Shown one piece after another: positions 38,781 to 48,356 of a DNA stretch of 64,000 nt. A model generated the notes under the pieces. It searched no databases, was not told the origin of the DNA, and was given only the letters and a program-made list of their open reading frames with translations. The stretch spans positions 140,337 through 204,336 of the IMG/VR virus record IMGVR_UViG_3300042887_005053; one strand, 5' to 3'. The first letter of the stretch is position 1. Every line of letters begins with the position of its first letter. Both the position numbers and the translations under genes were made by a program.

Positions 38781-39356
38781 TCACTTTTTGGTGAACTTAT
38801 TAAAACGATAAAGATCAATTCTCTTCTTACTAGCCATTAAATCATCTTTGAAGACCTTTAGTTTATCCTTGGCTATTTTTTCTAAGTTGACTATTTCCAT
38901 TTGAAGTTTAGAAATATCCTGTGTTTTTTGACGAATCTTATCCTCAGTAAGTTTGATATTAGCTGAAAGAGAATCCTTTGAACTTGGATTTGCTTTTATA
39001 TTGGATTGTTCGTCACTGATATCTGTTTTCCAGTCTTTAATCTGATCCTGTAGATTCTTCAAATCTCTTCTTTTATCACAAGATTGTGCCCAAATCGCTA
39101 AAACTGGGTTATGAAATTTCAATTTCTTTTTATTATCAGTTTTATCAATTATTTTTTGAGCAGCTAATTTATCGATTAAGTCTTTTTCATCTTTATAAGT
39201 CATATAAATGTTATTTACTGTAACTTTAAGTCTGTCAAAATCTTTGATTTGATTTTCAAGCTCATTATATCTATTCATGTCCGATGCGATCTGAGGTGGA
39301 TCGGTTTTATCAGCATTGTATAATTCTAAAATAAATTCTTGAAAGTACTTAATCAT
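38781..39356 (-). CDS. Tagged coiled-coil protein
   Basis: Starts MIKYFQEFILE, very close to the T4 IP tag MKTYQEFIAE. Confidence 0.65.
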   Translation of the reverse strand: MIKYFQEFILELYNADKTDPPQIASDMNRYNELENQIKDFDRLKVTVNNIYMTYKDEKDLIDKLAAQKIIDKTDNKKKLKFHNPVLAIWAQSCDKRRDLKNLQDQIKDWKTDISDEQSNIKANPSSKDSLSANIKLTEDKIRQKTQDISKLQMEIVNLEKIAKDKLKVFKDDLMASKKRIDLYRFNKFTKK

Positions 39357-39357
39357 A

Positions 39358-42165
39358 TTAAATTATGTCAAAATCATTCATTTTAGACCTCATTTTATCC
39401 AATCCTAGAATATCATATTTAGGTCTATCATCTGGATCAATCACTTTTATAGTCTCTAACTTACCCTCTTGAACATTGTTCTTAGAAAGAGCTTCTATTT
39501 TTTGAAAGTTCATTTTTAGATCTTGTATATTACTAAAAGTGTTATTAGATGTAACTTCAGCGACTTTCATCTCAATAACTCTGTCTTTTGACAATTTAGG
39601 ATATTTATTTATGTTGATTACTGCTACGAATAAAGGTTCATTAGGTACAAAAGATAGATTTTTTGGTAACTCCAACTCTTTTGAATCAAGTTTATTTTTC
39701 AAGTAAGTACTAAAGATTGATTGTTTTGGAGTTTTTTCATATTTATGAAACTTAATAACAATTCCTTTATCTCTAGTTCCATTAATTTGACCTTGTATAA
39801 ATCCAATCAAATATTTGGTAACTTTATCTTCCTTATAAGTAATTTTGAAAAATTCTCTACCGTACTTATCATCCTTACCGAAAAGACTTGTCACTATATC
39901 AGCTCCTCTTCCAAGTTGGCTATAAAGTGAGAACACTAATTGCTTTTCACTACCCATGTCATCTTTCTTTATTTTTCCTGGACCTGGTTCTGGTGTATCA
40001 GATGTTTTTTCTATGTCACTATTTCCCCCAAAATAATCAGTCAGTAATCTATGTCTCTTAGATCTGAAATCTCTATCTTTACCACCAGATCCTAACATAT
40101 CATTAATAAAAGTAAATAAAGTCCTACCTGAGCCAGCTTTTTGATTAGGTCCTCTATTTTTGAATTTCGCATTTGCTAATATTTTTCTGTACTTTGTATC
40201 TTCTAATAGTTTCATAATACCATCTTCCCATTTTTCAAATGGAACATTAGCTGCCCAGGGTCCAACTGATGGACCGGCATCTTTTGACCAAGATGGATAT
40301 TCACCTTTTCCGATATATGTGTACTCTCTAAATGTTTTCTGAGAAATCACGCCGTTTGGTCTACCAGAGGGTATGACCTCAGTTGCATACATTTTATATG
40401 CTCTGCCAAAGATATTCACGATTCTAATGATGTTGTCTTTGAAAGATTCAGCGTCAATCTCTATTTCTTTTTCTTCTAACTCTTTATCTGTATCTTCTTG
40501 GAGTTTTTTAGCTTCTTTTTCGTCGATTTTCCATTCATCTTCTTCTCCCTTTTTGAAGAATTCAAACCAAATAGTTGATATTTTATCATTTATCAGTTCC
40601 TGATCAGACTTCGAGGCTTGTTCATCTTTGTCAGTATCTTCATCAGTTTCCATTTCAATATCATCTGCTTCATTTACAAAAGAAAAATAGTTATGTATAA
40701 ATGATTCGTTCTTTTCTTCTTTATCTTCTTTTTTCTCCTTTTTAAGAGAAGGATAAAGCTTTTTAAGTTGATTAAAAGATTTTATGAACTTATTAAGACA
40801 TTCTTTTGCATCAGTAAGTGCGTTAACTAGTCCCATATCTTCTCTAAATGCAAGAATTATTCTAGCTATTAGTGAAATTGACTTCGAAATATCACTATAT
40901 GAAATAGATTGTTCAGCTTCTTTAATTAGTTCTTCAAAAGAAATTGGCTTACCAACAGTTGCTTCATTCATTACGACTTCTCTACCTATTTTTGTGATAG
41001 TATCTACAATGATTGCATTGTTTGTTTTTGATTTAGTAAGCAATTCTTGAATTCTTGGTAATGTTTTTATAATGCCAGATTTAGACCACGAGTTTAATAC
41101 TTTATTCCAAGCTGCTCTCGCATTTGACTCCGCTAACTTCAATTCTGCTTCTTCAAATATTGGAAGAGATTCATTTTCATAAAATAAAGATTCTGCGACT
41201 TTTTCACCAGCTTTGAGTGTTGTAACTTGTAAAGGTCTGCCATCGGGTCCTTTCTTTGTATCTGAGTTTAGTATAGGTGTGAGAGAATCTCTACGAACAC
41301 TCATCGGTGCTGAGTTTGGTAGATATGATTTAGTCTTCTCATCCCTAAAAATAACAAAAACATTGGGTTTGATTGTACCTGATTGAACAACATCATCTTT
41401 AGTTAAGAACTTTTTGTCAATTCCTCTCTTCACAGCATGTTCCAGAGAAATGACTAAAACAGTAGTTTTTTTGCCATCTTTTGATTTGTGTGTATATTCT
41501 TTACCTACTTCGATTGATTTCTCTGAAGTAATCTTCTTTTTTGAAATGATTTCATTCAAGTCTAATATGGATTCTAAAAGATCAATTGTAGTTTCATAGA
41601 ACTCTTTATTTGAGCTTGTTTCTTCTTGTTTTTCTTCTTCCGATTCTTTTGGTTCAAAATCGATTTCCAATAAAGCTTTTCTATAATCTTCAAGTTTTTT
41701 TACTAATAAATCTTTATTAGGTAAGTCTTTTTTATCTACTTTCTCAACATCTTTGATTGTTGTTGAGATAAGACCAGAATCATCAGATTTATCACCTAAT
41801 AATATTGTCAATTTTTCATCAATCTCTTTGTTTGAAGTAGATTCTTTATAAACCTCTGTTATAAGAAATTTTACTTTTATTTTTTCTATTTCTTTTTTAG
41901 TATTTTCACCAAATGCAGAAGCGGCTATTAAATTATTTAATTCATTTTCAACATCTTTTACTAAAGAACCAATTCTAGCAGCTTGAAAATAAATTTTACC
42001 TTTTCTGATTGTTGAATTGATTAATCTACCTAATAGAGATCCTCCCCAGGTTATATCATTTTCAAAAGCTTCCTTTATTAATAAAGAAGATTCGAAGTCC
42101 TTTTGATTAAATTCAGTTCTTGTTTCTTTGATTAAAAATTCTTGTCTGTGCTTGAGATATCGCAT
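39358..42165 (-). CDS. Large tagged protein, candidate internal head/ejection protein
   Basis: Starts MRYLKHRQEFLIKE and has acidic linkers with LIKE/VNE sites. A late motif lies at 42188-42197. Confidence 0.55.
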   Translation of the reverse strand: MRYLKHRQEFLIKETRTEFNQKDFESSLLIKEAFENDITWGGSLLGRLINSTIRKGKIYFQAARIGSLVKDVENELNNLIAASAFGENTKKEIEKIKVKFLITEVYKESTSNKEIDEKLTILLGDKSDDSGLISTTIKDVEKVDKKDLPNKDLLVKKLEDYRKALLEIDFEPKESEEEKQEETSSNKEFYETTIDLLESILDLNEIISKKKITSEKSIEVGKEYTHKSKDGKKTTVLVISLEHAVKRGIDKKFLTKDDVVQSGTIKPNVFVIFRDEKTKSYLPNSAPMSVRRDSLTPILNSDTKKGPDGRPLQVTTLKAGEKVAESLFYENESLPIFEEAELKLAESNARAAWNKVLNSWSKSGIIKTLPRIQELLTKSKTNNAIIVDTITKIGREVVMNEATVGKPISFEELIKEAEQSISYSDISKSISLIARIILAFREDMGLVNALTDAKECLNKFIKSFNQLKKLYPSLKKEKKEDKEEKNESFIHNYFSFVNEADDIEMETDEDTDKDEQASKSDQELINDKISTIWFEFFKKGEEDEWKIDEKEAKKLQEDTDKELEEKEIEIDAESFKDNIIRIVNIFGRAYKMYATEVIPSGRPNGVISQKTFREYTYIGKGEYPSWSKDAGPSVGPWAANVPFEKWEDGIMKLLEDTKYRKILANAKFKNRGPNQKAGSGRTLFTFINDMLGSGGKDRDFRSKRHRLLTDYFGGNSDIEKTSDTPEPGPGKIKKDDMGSEKQLVFSLYSQLGRGADIVTSLFGKDDKYGREFFKITYKEDKVTKYLIGFIQGQINGTRDKGIVIKFHKYEKTPKQSIFSTYLKNKLDSKELELPKNLSFVPNEPLFVAVININKYPKLSKDRVIEMKVAEVTSNNTFSNIQDLKMNFQKIEALSKNNVQEGKLETIKVIDPDDRPKYDILGLDKMRSKMNDFDII

Positions 42166-42229
42166 AAAAATAGCCTAATATTTTGATTATATATTAAAAG
42201 TCTAATATCACAAAATAATAGAAAAAATA

Positions 42230-42343
42230 TTTGGTGGTTTATTATTTTTTAATTATATTAGCATATCATTGATTGAGACAGTGTTTTAGACGATAAAAAA
42301 AGTCAAAAATATTAGGAAAATCAATAATTTTACCTTATATTTG
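42230..42343 (+). promoter_or_regulatory. Tandem Bacteroidota-type housekeeping promoters
   Basis: TTTG (42230)...TATATTAG (42254), and TTAG (42312)...TATATTTG (42336), resemble the -33 TTTG / -7 TAnnTTTG consensus. Confidence 0.6.
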
Positions 42344-42365
42344 TAGTATCAATAACAGTAAAACT

Positions 42366-42764
42366 ATGAACGAAAACAATATCTTCTCTTTTAATCTAAT
42401 CAAATTTGATTTGAGACCTTATAGTAAATCTGAAGAAATTCAGAGAATTATTAATGATCATGGTATGCAACAAGTGTGGACAGGAGAAGAAATGTTCGAG
42501 TTGAAGAAAGAAGGATACATCTTCATCTGTGTTGATTCTGTCACATTTTTTCCAATTTTCTACTTTAATGAAAAAACATTAGACTGGACTACTCCGATGC
42601 AAGTTACAAACATCTTGGCTGATCAAAAACCAATCAAAAAGAAAAAGGTTAAAAAACCAAGAACTACATTGAATTTAGATTCACTTTTAGATAAAATTAA
42701 TGAGTCTGGTATGGAATCTTTAACTCCAAGAGAGTTAAAGTTTTTAGAAGAGTCTTCTAAGTAA
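42366..42764 (+). CDS. Probable early protein with C-terminal DUF6576-like motif
   Basis: Ends LNLDSLLDKINESGMESLTPRELKFLEE and has its own promoter and terminator. Confidence 0.6.
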   Translation: MNENNIFSFNLIKFDLRPYSKSEEIQRIINDHGMQQVWTGEEMFELKKEGYIFICVDSVTFFPIFYFNEKTLDWTTPMQVTNILADQKPIKKKKVKKPRTTLNLDSLLDKINESGMESLTPRELKFLEESSK

Positions 42765-42781
42765 AAAATATTTTTTATATG

Positions 42782-42808
42782 ACCACCAAGGCTTTGGTGG
42801 TTTTTTTT
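42782..42808 (+). terminator. Intrinsic terminator
   Basis: ACCACCAA-ggct-TTGGTGGT followed by a T-tract. Confidence 0.85.
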
Positions 42809-42902
42809 ATTTTAAATCTTAAAAAATTTTGAAATTTTCACCAACGATAATTTTATAGTGAAATTTATGTAATATATAATCTTGTAAATTAATTTTTTAA
42901 TT

Positions 42903-43193
42903 ATGAGATTCTTAGAACTTGTCTACAATGGCAGAAAAATAACAAATAATTTATTAATCAATGATATTTTAGAGAAAGAGAACCTGAATTGGTTGATCGA
43001 TTCTGAAATCGAAAATGCAGAAATCGAAATCAAAAATCATACTTTAATATGGAAAAATGGCTACTTTTTTGGTAATTGGCATTATGGTATCTTTAAGGAT
43101 GGTCAATTTTATGGCACATTTGAGAATGGAATTTTAGAAGGTGGGAAGTTTAATGGCAATTTTATTAGTGGTTTGAATTTGATTTCGGTATAA
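42903..43193 (+). CDS. Small protein with Gly/aromatic short-period (beta-solenoid-like) repeats
   Basis: WKNGYFFGNWHYGIFKDGQFYGTFENGILEGGKFNGNFISG. Confidence 0.6.
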   Translation: MRFLELVYNGRKITNNLLINDILEKENLNWLIDSEIENAEIEIKNHTLIWKNGYFFGNWHYGIFKDGQFYGTFENGILEGGKFNGNFISGLNLISV

Positions 43194-43211
43194 AAAATAA
43201 TTTTTTTCTTT

Positions 43212-43655
43212 ATGGGAAGAAAGCGTTTCACAAAATCCAAATTATTATCAGAAAATTTGAGATTTAAAATCACAGAAGAAGCAAATAATCATTTGTTCTT
43301 CGAAATAGGCAGTGAAATTACAACAGACATTGCAGAAGCAGTTGCAATTATGATGAGAACTAATAATATTGAAAAAGAAATTTGGTCTCAGAAAATTAAT
43401 ATAAATCTAGAAACAGTTGAACCCAAAAGAGCATTATATTGGTTATCTGGTGGAGATACTGAGTGGATTAGTGGTAAAAATTATAGTTTAAATTGGATGC
43501 AATGTGATTTAGATTATCAAGAAGAATTTGGATTTATGGTAATTTCAATACTTAAAAAATCACAAACTCTCGATGATATAAGAAGTGGATTTATGAAATA
43601 CTTAAATTTACCAGTTTTATATGAATTTGCTCTTAAAAGAGGATTTGTAAAGTAA
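43212..43655 (+). CDS. Hypothetical protein
   Basis: 147-aa ORF followed by a terminator. Confidence 0.6.
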   Translation: MGRKRFTKSKLLSENLRFKITEEANNHLFFEIGSEITTDIAEAVAIMMRTNNIEKEIWSQKININLETVEPKRALYWLSGGDTEWISGKNYSLNWMQCDLDYQEEFGFMVISILKKSQTLDDIRSGFMKYLNLPVLYEFALKRGFVK

Positions 43656-43660
43656 GAGAC

Positions 43661-43684
43661 AACCCACCAACTTGGTGGGTTTTT
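43661..43684 (+). terminator. Intrinsic terminator
   Basis: AACCCACCAA-c-TTGGTGGGTT followed by a T-tract. Confidence 0.8.
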
Positions 43685-43701
43685 ATTTTAATATATAAAG
43701 T

Positions 43702-43935
43702 ATGAAAACATTAAGAGCGATATGTTCAAATCCTTGGTGTAAAGCGCCTTTTGAAGTTAGTTCAGAAGATACTAATCACTCAAAAATCTGTTATAAGTGT
43801 TGTAGTCTTGAGACTGAGACATCAAATGGAGTGACCTGGGTCGAAAAAACTTATGAGGGTAGTAGATTTGATAATCATCCACACCAAATATCGATAAATG
43901 TAAATAGAGCAATAGATCAAAATAAGAAATGGTAA
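43702..43935 (+). CDS. Small zinc-ribbon protein
   Basis: CSNPWC...CYKC, with a late motif at 43688. Confidence 0.6.
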   Translation: MKTLRAICSNPWCKAPFEVSSEDTNHSKICYKCCSLETETSNGVTWVEKTYEGSRFDNHPHQISINVNRAIDQNKKW

Positions 43936-44780
43936 ATTCAGTATTCATAGATTTAGACGCACTTGTAAAAATTGAAAACAAGGCTTGGATTGTTGATAAA
44001 AACTCTCCAAATATACCATTGTTAAAGTTATCAAAGTCGGACTTTAACCTAATAAAAAGTGGTATATATCGTTCTCAGAATAACAAAATTGAGTTTAATG
44101 GTGTCACCTATTGGTTACCAAGTGAACTGATTAATAAGCTTAAAATAAAAGCAAAAATTTCTAAAATTGATTTTGGTAATTTAGCAATTAGTCTTCAAGA
44201 GTTTCTAAATAAGTCAATCATTGATAGTTTAGATTTCGAAGTGAATAGTTTTCTAATTTCAAAGTTAAAAAACACAGAAGATGATATTTATATTATCTGT
44301 TCAAAACAGACTAAGAAAAATTATCAAAATATAACTGATAAAATTGAAAAAGAGTTTTTGAAGACAGGTCTTAAAATCAAAAATTATTATTTCATTTCCG
44401 AAACATTCTATAATCAAAAAGAAGATAATATTGAGTTTAAAAAAATGAGACTACTATTACAACACCTACTTGGTTACAAAACAGAAGGTGATAAATTCAT
44501 AGATGAAGAGATAACTAAGTATAACAAGATACACTATTATGATTCAAATATTAATACTCTAAAGATTTCTGATAAAATAAATGAGTTGTTGAGTTTTGTA
44601 TTGTCAAATACAGATAAAGGTCTGGCTAATGTTATTAAAGAAGATGTAAAAGATTTCAGACCAACACTTTATCTAAATAGAGTAAATGATAACGAAGTGA
44701 ATAAAATTGATAATAAAAAGATTATTTTGAGTTTATCAACATTAATTAAAACATTTGAATCATTTAGAAGATTTTATTAA
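43929..44780 (+). CDS. HAD-fold-like hypothetical protein with C-terminal tag-like motif
   Basis: VFIDLD, YIICS and IHYYD. Ends LIKTFESFRRFY. Confidence 0.5.
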   Translation: MVNSVFIDLDALVKIENKAWIVDKNSPNIPLLKLSKSDFNLIKSGIYRSQNNKIEFNGVTYWLPSELINKLKIKAKISKIDFGNLAISLQEFLNKSIIDSLDFEVNSFLISKLKNTEDDIYIICSKQTKKNYQNITDKIEKEFLKTGLKIKNYYFISETFYNQKEDNIEFKKMRLLLQHLLGYKTEGDKFIDEEITKYNKIHYYDSNINTLKISDKINELLSFVLSNTDKGLANVIKEDVKDFRPTLYLNRVNDNEVNKIDNKKIILSLSTLIKTFESFRRFY

Positions 44781-45400
44781 TCTTTCTTATTTTTAAGATA
44801 GTTATCGATCATATTATTTAAACTTCTCGAATCCACAATTTTACCATCTTCCTTAGTATTATCTTCTATTTGTTGTTCTAAATTCTTTTGTTCCATTGAC
44901 TCTGACATTTCATTCAGACCTAAATCTATTCTCATTTCTTTATAGAATTTCTCAAGTTCTGTTCTCTGGCTTTGTGAGAACTTAATATTATCTCGAATCT
45001 GTGAAATTGACTGATTAATAACTTCGTGCATTCTAGCTGATGTGTCGCCATTATCAACTTGTCTTAATTGTGTAAGAAAGTTTTTTCTTGTCATCTTCTG
45101 AAGAAAAATAGTGTCTGCATAAACTTGAGCATCTTCTTTCATCTTCTTAATTATATAATCATGGTGTGCGATTTGAGGATTATCGCCTAAATACAAGTCG
45201 ACTAATGACTCTAATACTTCAGTTGCTTGATTTTTTGAGTCTTCTAAGTCAGCATCATAGTCATAAATTTGAATTTCTCCAAGATCCGGTAGATCTTCTC
45301 TTTTAGCTAGATATTTACTAACATCAAGTTCTTTATTATCTTCTTGAATACGATTAAACTCATTCTGAAGATCATTTATTTTATCTTCTTTCTTGCTCAT
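44777..45400 (-). CDS. Probable terminase small subunit (T4 gp16-like)
   Basis: SARMHEVINQSISQI resembles the gp16 PRxxEVxxQL helix. It is divergent from TerL. Confidence 0.55.
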   Translation of the reverse strand: MSKKEDKINDLQNEFNRIQEDNKELDVSKYLAKREDLPDLGEIQIYDYDADLEDSKNQATEVLESLVDLYLGDNPQIAHHDYIIKKMKEDAQVYADTIFLQKMTRKNFLTQLRQVDNGDTSARMHEVINQSISQIRDNIKFSQSQRTELEKFYKEMRIDLGLNEMSESMEQKNLEQQIEDNTKEDGKIVDSRSLNNMIDNYLKNKKD

Positions 45401-45416
45401 AGGAACAATATATTTC

Positions 45417-45427
45417 TTATATATATT
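45417..45427. promoter_or_regulatory. Candidate bidirectional late promoter between terS and terL
   Basis: TTATATATATT centred in a 45-bp divergent gap. Confidence 0.55.
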
Positions 45428-45445
45428 GGAAAATTAATATTCCTT

Positions 45446-47590
45446 ATGGCGGTTGCAAAGAAACCAACAGAAGAAAAAAAATTTGTATTTACTAGTAAAA
45501 TCGTTGATGAAGTAACAGAAAAAATTAACGATGGTGTTGTTGTAAAAAGATTTCAAAATCCTTGGTTCAAGAATGAAGTAGGTGTTAGAAGAGCCGGTCT
45601 AACATTTATGATGACTGAAGATGAAATACAAGAATACATTAGGTGTAAAATAGATATACAATACTTTGCTGAAAAATATTGTAGAATAAAAACAGAGGAT
45701 GGTTCGGTTCAAAATATCAAACTTAGAGATTATCAAAGAGATATTTTAGATCTTTATACAAAAAATCGATTTAGTATTCTTTGTGGGTCAAGGCAGATTG
45801 GTAAAACTATCAATGCTGCGATCGCTATGCTACATTTTATAACATTCAATAATGATAAAAACATTATGATTGTTGCTAATGTTAGAGGAACGACCGTCGA
45901 AATTATTGATAAAATTAAAAATATCTATATACAGCTACCATTTTTCTTGAAGTCTGCTATCAAAAACTGGAATCAACAATCTATGATTTTTGAAAACGGT
46001 TGTCGTATAAAATCAGCAGCTAGAAGCAAAACACCAGCCATCGGTTTCACTATTGACTTTTTGTATCTCGATGAGTTCGCTCATATTCCAAGTAATATCA
46101 TCGAACCATACTATACAGCTGCTTTTCCAACCGTTTCGGCTATTGAGAATTCCAAGATCGTTATTACTTCTACCCCAAATGGTATGAATCTTTTTTATAG
46201 ATTATTAACAGACGCTGAAAGACCAGAAGGTGATGCTTTAAAGAACAACTATAAACCAATGAGGGTTTATTGGTATCAAGTTCCTGGTAGATTTGTTACC
46301 TTCTTTAGATTGAATAATCACAGAATGTATGACCAGAAAGTAACTAAAGAATTAATCTTCGAACAAGTTTTTGCTGAATTTGGTGATATTACAAAAGTAG
46401 AGATGAGGTATAACTCTGACTTAATGAAAGATGTAATTTACATCTATAATAATGATGTTTGTCCAGATACACTTGTAAAATCTTTCCAAATTAAAAAAGA
46501 TGATGGACTAGAAATACCAATATTTAGTGTTGCTGAAGTCACAACTTGGAAAGAAGAAGCTATTAAAGATATTGGTGGAGAAGATGCTTTTAATCAAGAA
46601 TACGGCCTTAGATTCGTTAATGCCACAAGATCTTTATTAAGTGAGAGTTTAATAGATCAATTATTGAATAATAAGAAGAATTATGTATATGAAGAAATAT
46701 TGGAATTTTCAAAGAAGTTAAAGTTTTCTTATAGTGATTTAAAGTGGATTGATGATGATGATGTTTTTAATCCACTAATGAGAAATTCAATTAAAGGGGT
46801 TATATCGGTTGATATATCTGAAGGATTGGGTCAAGACTATTCGATAATTAATATATTTAAGATATCTCCAAAGAACAGTGAAATAATTGATTTTCAACAA
46901 TTAAATTATACGCAATTATCTGACTTTTTTTGTTTAGAACAAATAGGAATTTTTAGGTCAAATTTTGTATCAGTAAAACAGTTAGCTGAGTTATTTTATT
47001 GCTTGTTATTTGATTATTTTAATTATGAGAATTTTAAAGTAGTTTTAGAATTAAATAACTATGGTAATGAGTTTTTAGCACATTTGCCATATGTATTTGA
47101 TGGAAATAACAACTATGGTTCGAATGTTTTCTTTAGATATAAACACAGAGCTGATGCAACAGAAGAAAAAGTAGGATTAAAAGTTGGTGAAAATAAAAAC
47201 ATGCTTGTTAAAGAGTATCAAGAAGCTATGGATAAGAAAAACTTTATAATTACAAATGAAGATAACATCAGAGAGATAACTACATTTGTAAAGCACATAA
47301 CGCCATCTGGAAATGTTAGATATGCAGCAGATATCGGACACGATGATACTGTTATGACTCTTGTAAACTCATCCAGTGTTTTCTCTAAATATGAATTCAG
47401 AGAAATGGTTGAGGATTATGCATCAAAGGTTGTTGATTCTCATACTTTGAGTGGATGGAAAGATATTCTAAAGAGAAGTGACTTTAAAGAAGGTGTTGAT
47501 TATTCTTCTATTATTAACATCAATAGACAAAGAAGATTTATGAATCAATATAAGACAAACAATAATAATAATAATTGGTTTGGAAAATAA
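45446..47590 (+). CDS. terL: Terminase large subunit (T4 gp17-like)
   Basis: LRDYQ, SRQIGKT, LYLDEFAH, ITSTPNG, FNQEYG, VDISEGLGQDYS and GHDDTVM. The start is the ATG at 45446. Confidence 0.95.
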   Translation: MAVAKKPTEEKKFVFTSKIVDEVTEKINDGVVVKRFQNPWFKNEVGVRRAGLTFMMTEDEIQEYIRCKIDIQYFAEKYCRIKTEDGSVQNIKLRDYQRDILDLYTKNRFSILCGSRQIGKTINAAIAMLHFITFNNDKNIMIVANVRGTTVEIIDKIKNIYIQLPFFLKSAIKNWNQQSMIFENGCRIKSAARSKTPAIGFTIDFLYLDEFAHIPSNIIEPYYTAAFPTVSAIENSKIVITSTPNGMNLFYRLLTDAERPEGDALKNNYKPMRVYWYQVPGRFVTFFRLNNHRMYDQKVTKELIFEQVFAEFGDITKVEMRYNSDLMKDVIYIYNNDVCPDTLVKSFQIKKDDGLEIPIFSVAEVTTWKEEAIKDIGGEDAFNQEYGLRFVNATRSLLSESLIDQLLNNKKNYVYEEILEFSKKLKFSYSDLKWIDDDDVFNPLMRNSIKGVISVDISEGLGQDYSIINIFKISPKNSEIIDFQQLNYTQLSDFFCLEQIGIFRSNFVSVKQLAELFYCLLFDYFNYENFKVVLELNNYGNEFLAHLPYVFDGNNNYGSNVFFRYKHRADATEEKVGLKVGENKNMLVKEYQEAMDKKNFIITNEDNIREITTFVKHITPSGNVRYAADIGHDDTVMTLVNSSSVFSKYEFREMVEDYASKVVDSHTLSGWKDILKRSDFKEGVDYSSIININRQRRFMNQYKTNNNNNNWFGK

Positions 47591-47601
47591 ATATATAATT
47601 T

Positions 47602-48078
47602 ATGAATAGAATATCAACTTATCAGCAATTTAATGAGGAAATTTTGGGTGGATTAGGAGACAAGTTAAAAAAACTTGGTAGTTCACTAAAGAGACCATTT
47701 CTAAGTAATTCAGTTAAAACAGAATACTCTAAAGAATTAAAGCAATATGATTTAGTAATTCAGTCTACTGAAGACAGACAAGAAATGAAAATATTTCATA
47801 ATAAGAGATTAGTTGGTGATATTAAACTATCAGATGATAGTAAAAATTATCCAATATGGATATTATCTTTCTACTTTTATGAAAGTGAAGTTCCAAAAGA
47901 TGATAAGAAGTATAAAAGTCCAGAAAAAATAGAAGGGCAAACAGAGCAGCCTTACGCAAAAGGTTCTAAGAAGATCAACAATGATTCTGATGATGCCGTT
48001 AGAACATTTTGGAAATGGTGGTCGACTAATACAAAGTCTGGTAAGTTAAAAAATCCTTCTTTTAAGATTAAATCTTAA
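47602..48078 (+). CDS. Tagged hypothetical protein
   Basis: Starts MNRISTYQQFNEE, with a late motif at 47589. Confidence 0.6.
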   Translation: MNRISTYQQFNEEILGGLGDKLKKLGSSLKRPFLSNSVKTEYSKELKQYDLVIQSTEDRQEMKIFHNKRLVGDIKLSDDSKNYPIWILSFYFYESEVPKDDKKYKSPEKIEGQTEQPYAKGSKKINNDSDDAVRTFWKWWSTNTKSGKLKNPSFKIKS

Positions 48079-48356
48079 GCTAATTCAATCGTAACTGAAA
48101 GTCCAGCTGACTTTAACTTATTATACATTTTCTGTATAGTTTCTTTATCACCTCTTTTAACATCACATTTTCCAGTGAAATGTACCAAATGTGCACATTG
48201 AGTCGCTTGTTCTAGTTCGTGATTACAAATTTTCATTAAGCACTCAATTACCCAATCGAAGGTGTTATAGTCGTCATTTTCAAGTATCAAAATATATGGC
48301 TTACTTAGAATATCTTCTACTTGTGTACTTACTTGTTCCTTTGTAGTGTTTCTCAT
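48075..48356 (-). CDS. clpS: ATP-dependent Clp protease adaptor ClpS
   Basis: LILENDDYNTFDWVIECLMKIC...EQATQCAHLVHFTGKCDVK. Confidence 0.88.
   Translation of the reverse strand: MRNTTKEQVSTQVEDILSKPYILILENDDYNTFDWVIECLMKICNHELEQATQCAHLVHFTGKCDVKRGDKETIQKMYNKLKSAGLSVTIELA

Noticed and set aside
45344-45445. Extended TerL N-terminus from the ORF track (likewise upstream extensions of glnII, the HAD gene, 19933 and 62287)
   Set aside because: These extensions overlap neighbouring genes or promoter motifs, and the downstream starts fit better.
46292-46546. Intein in TerL
   Set aside because: There is no N-terminal C/S, no C-terminal HN followed by C/S/T and no LAGLIDADG motif, and the insert is too short.
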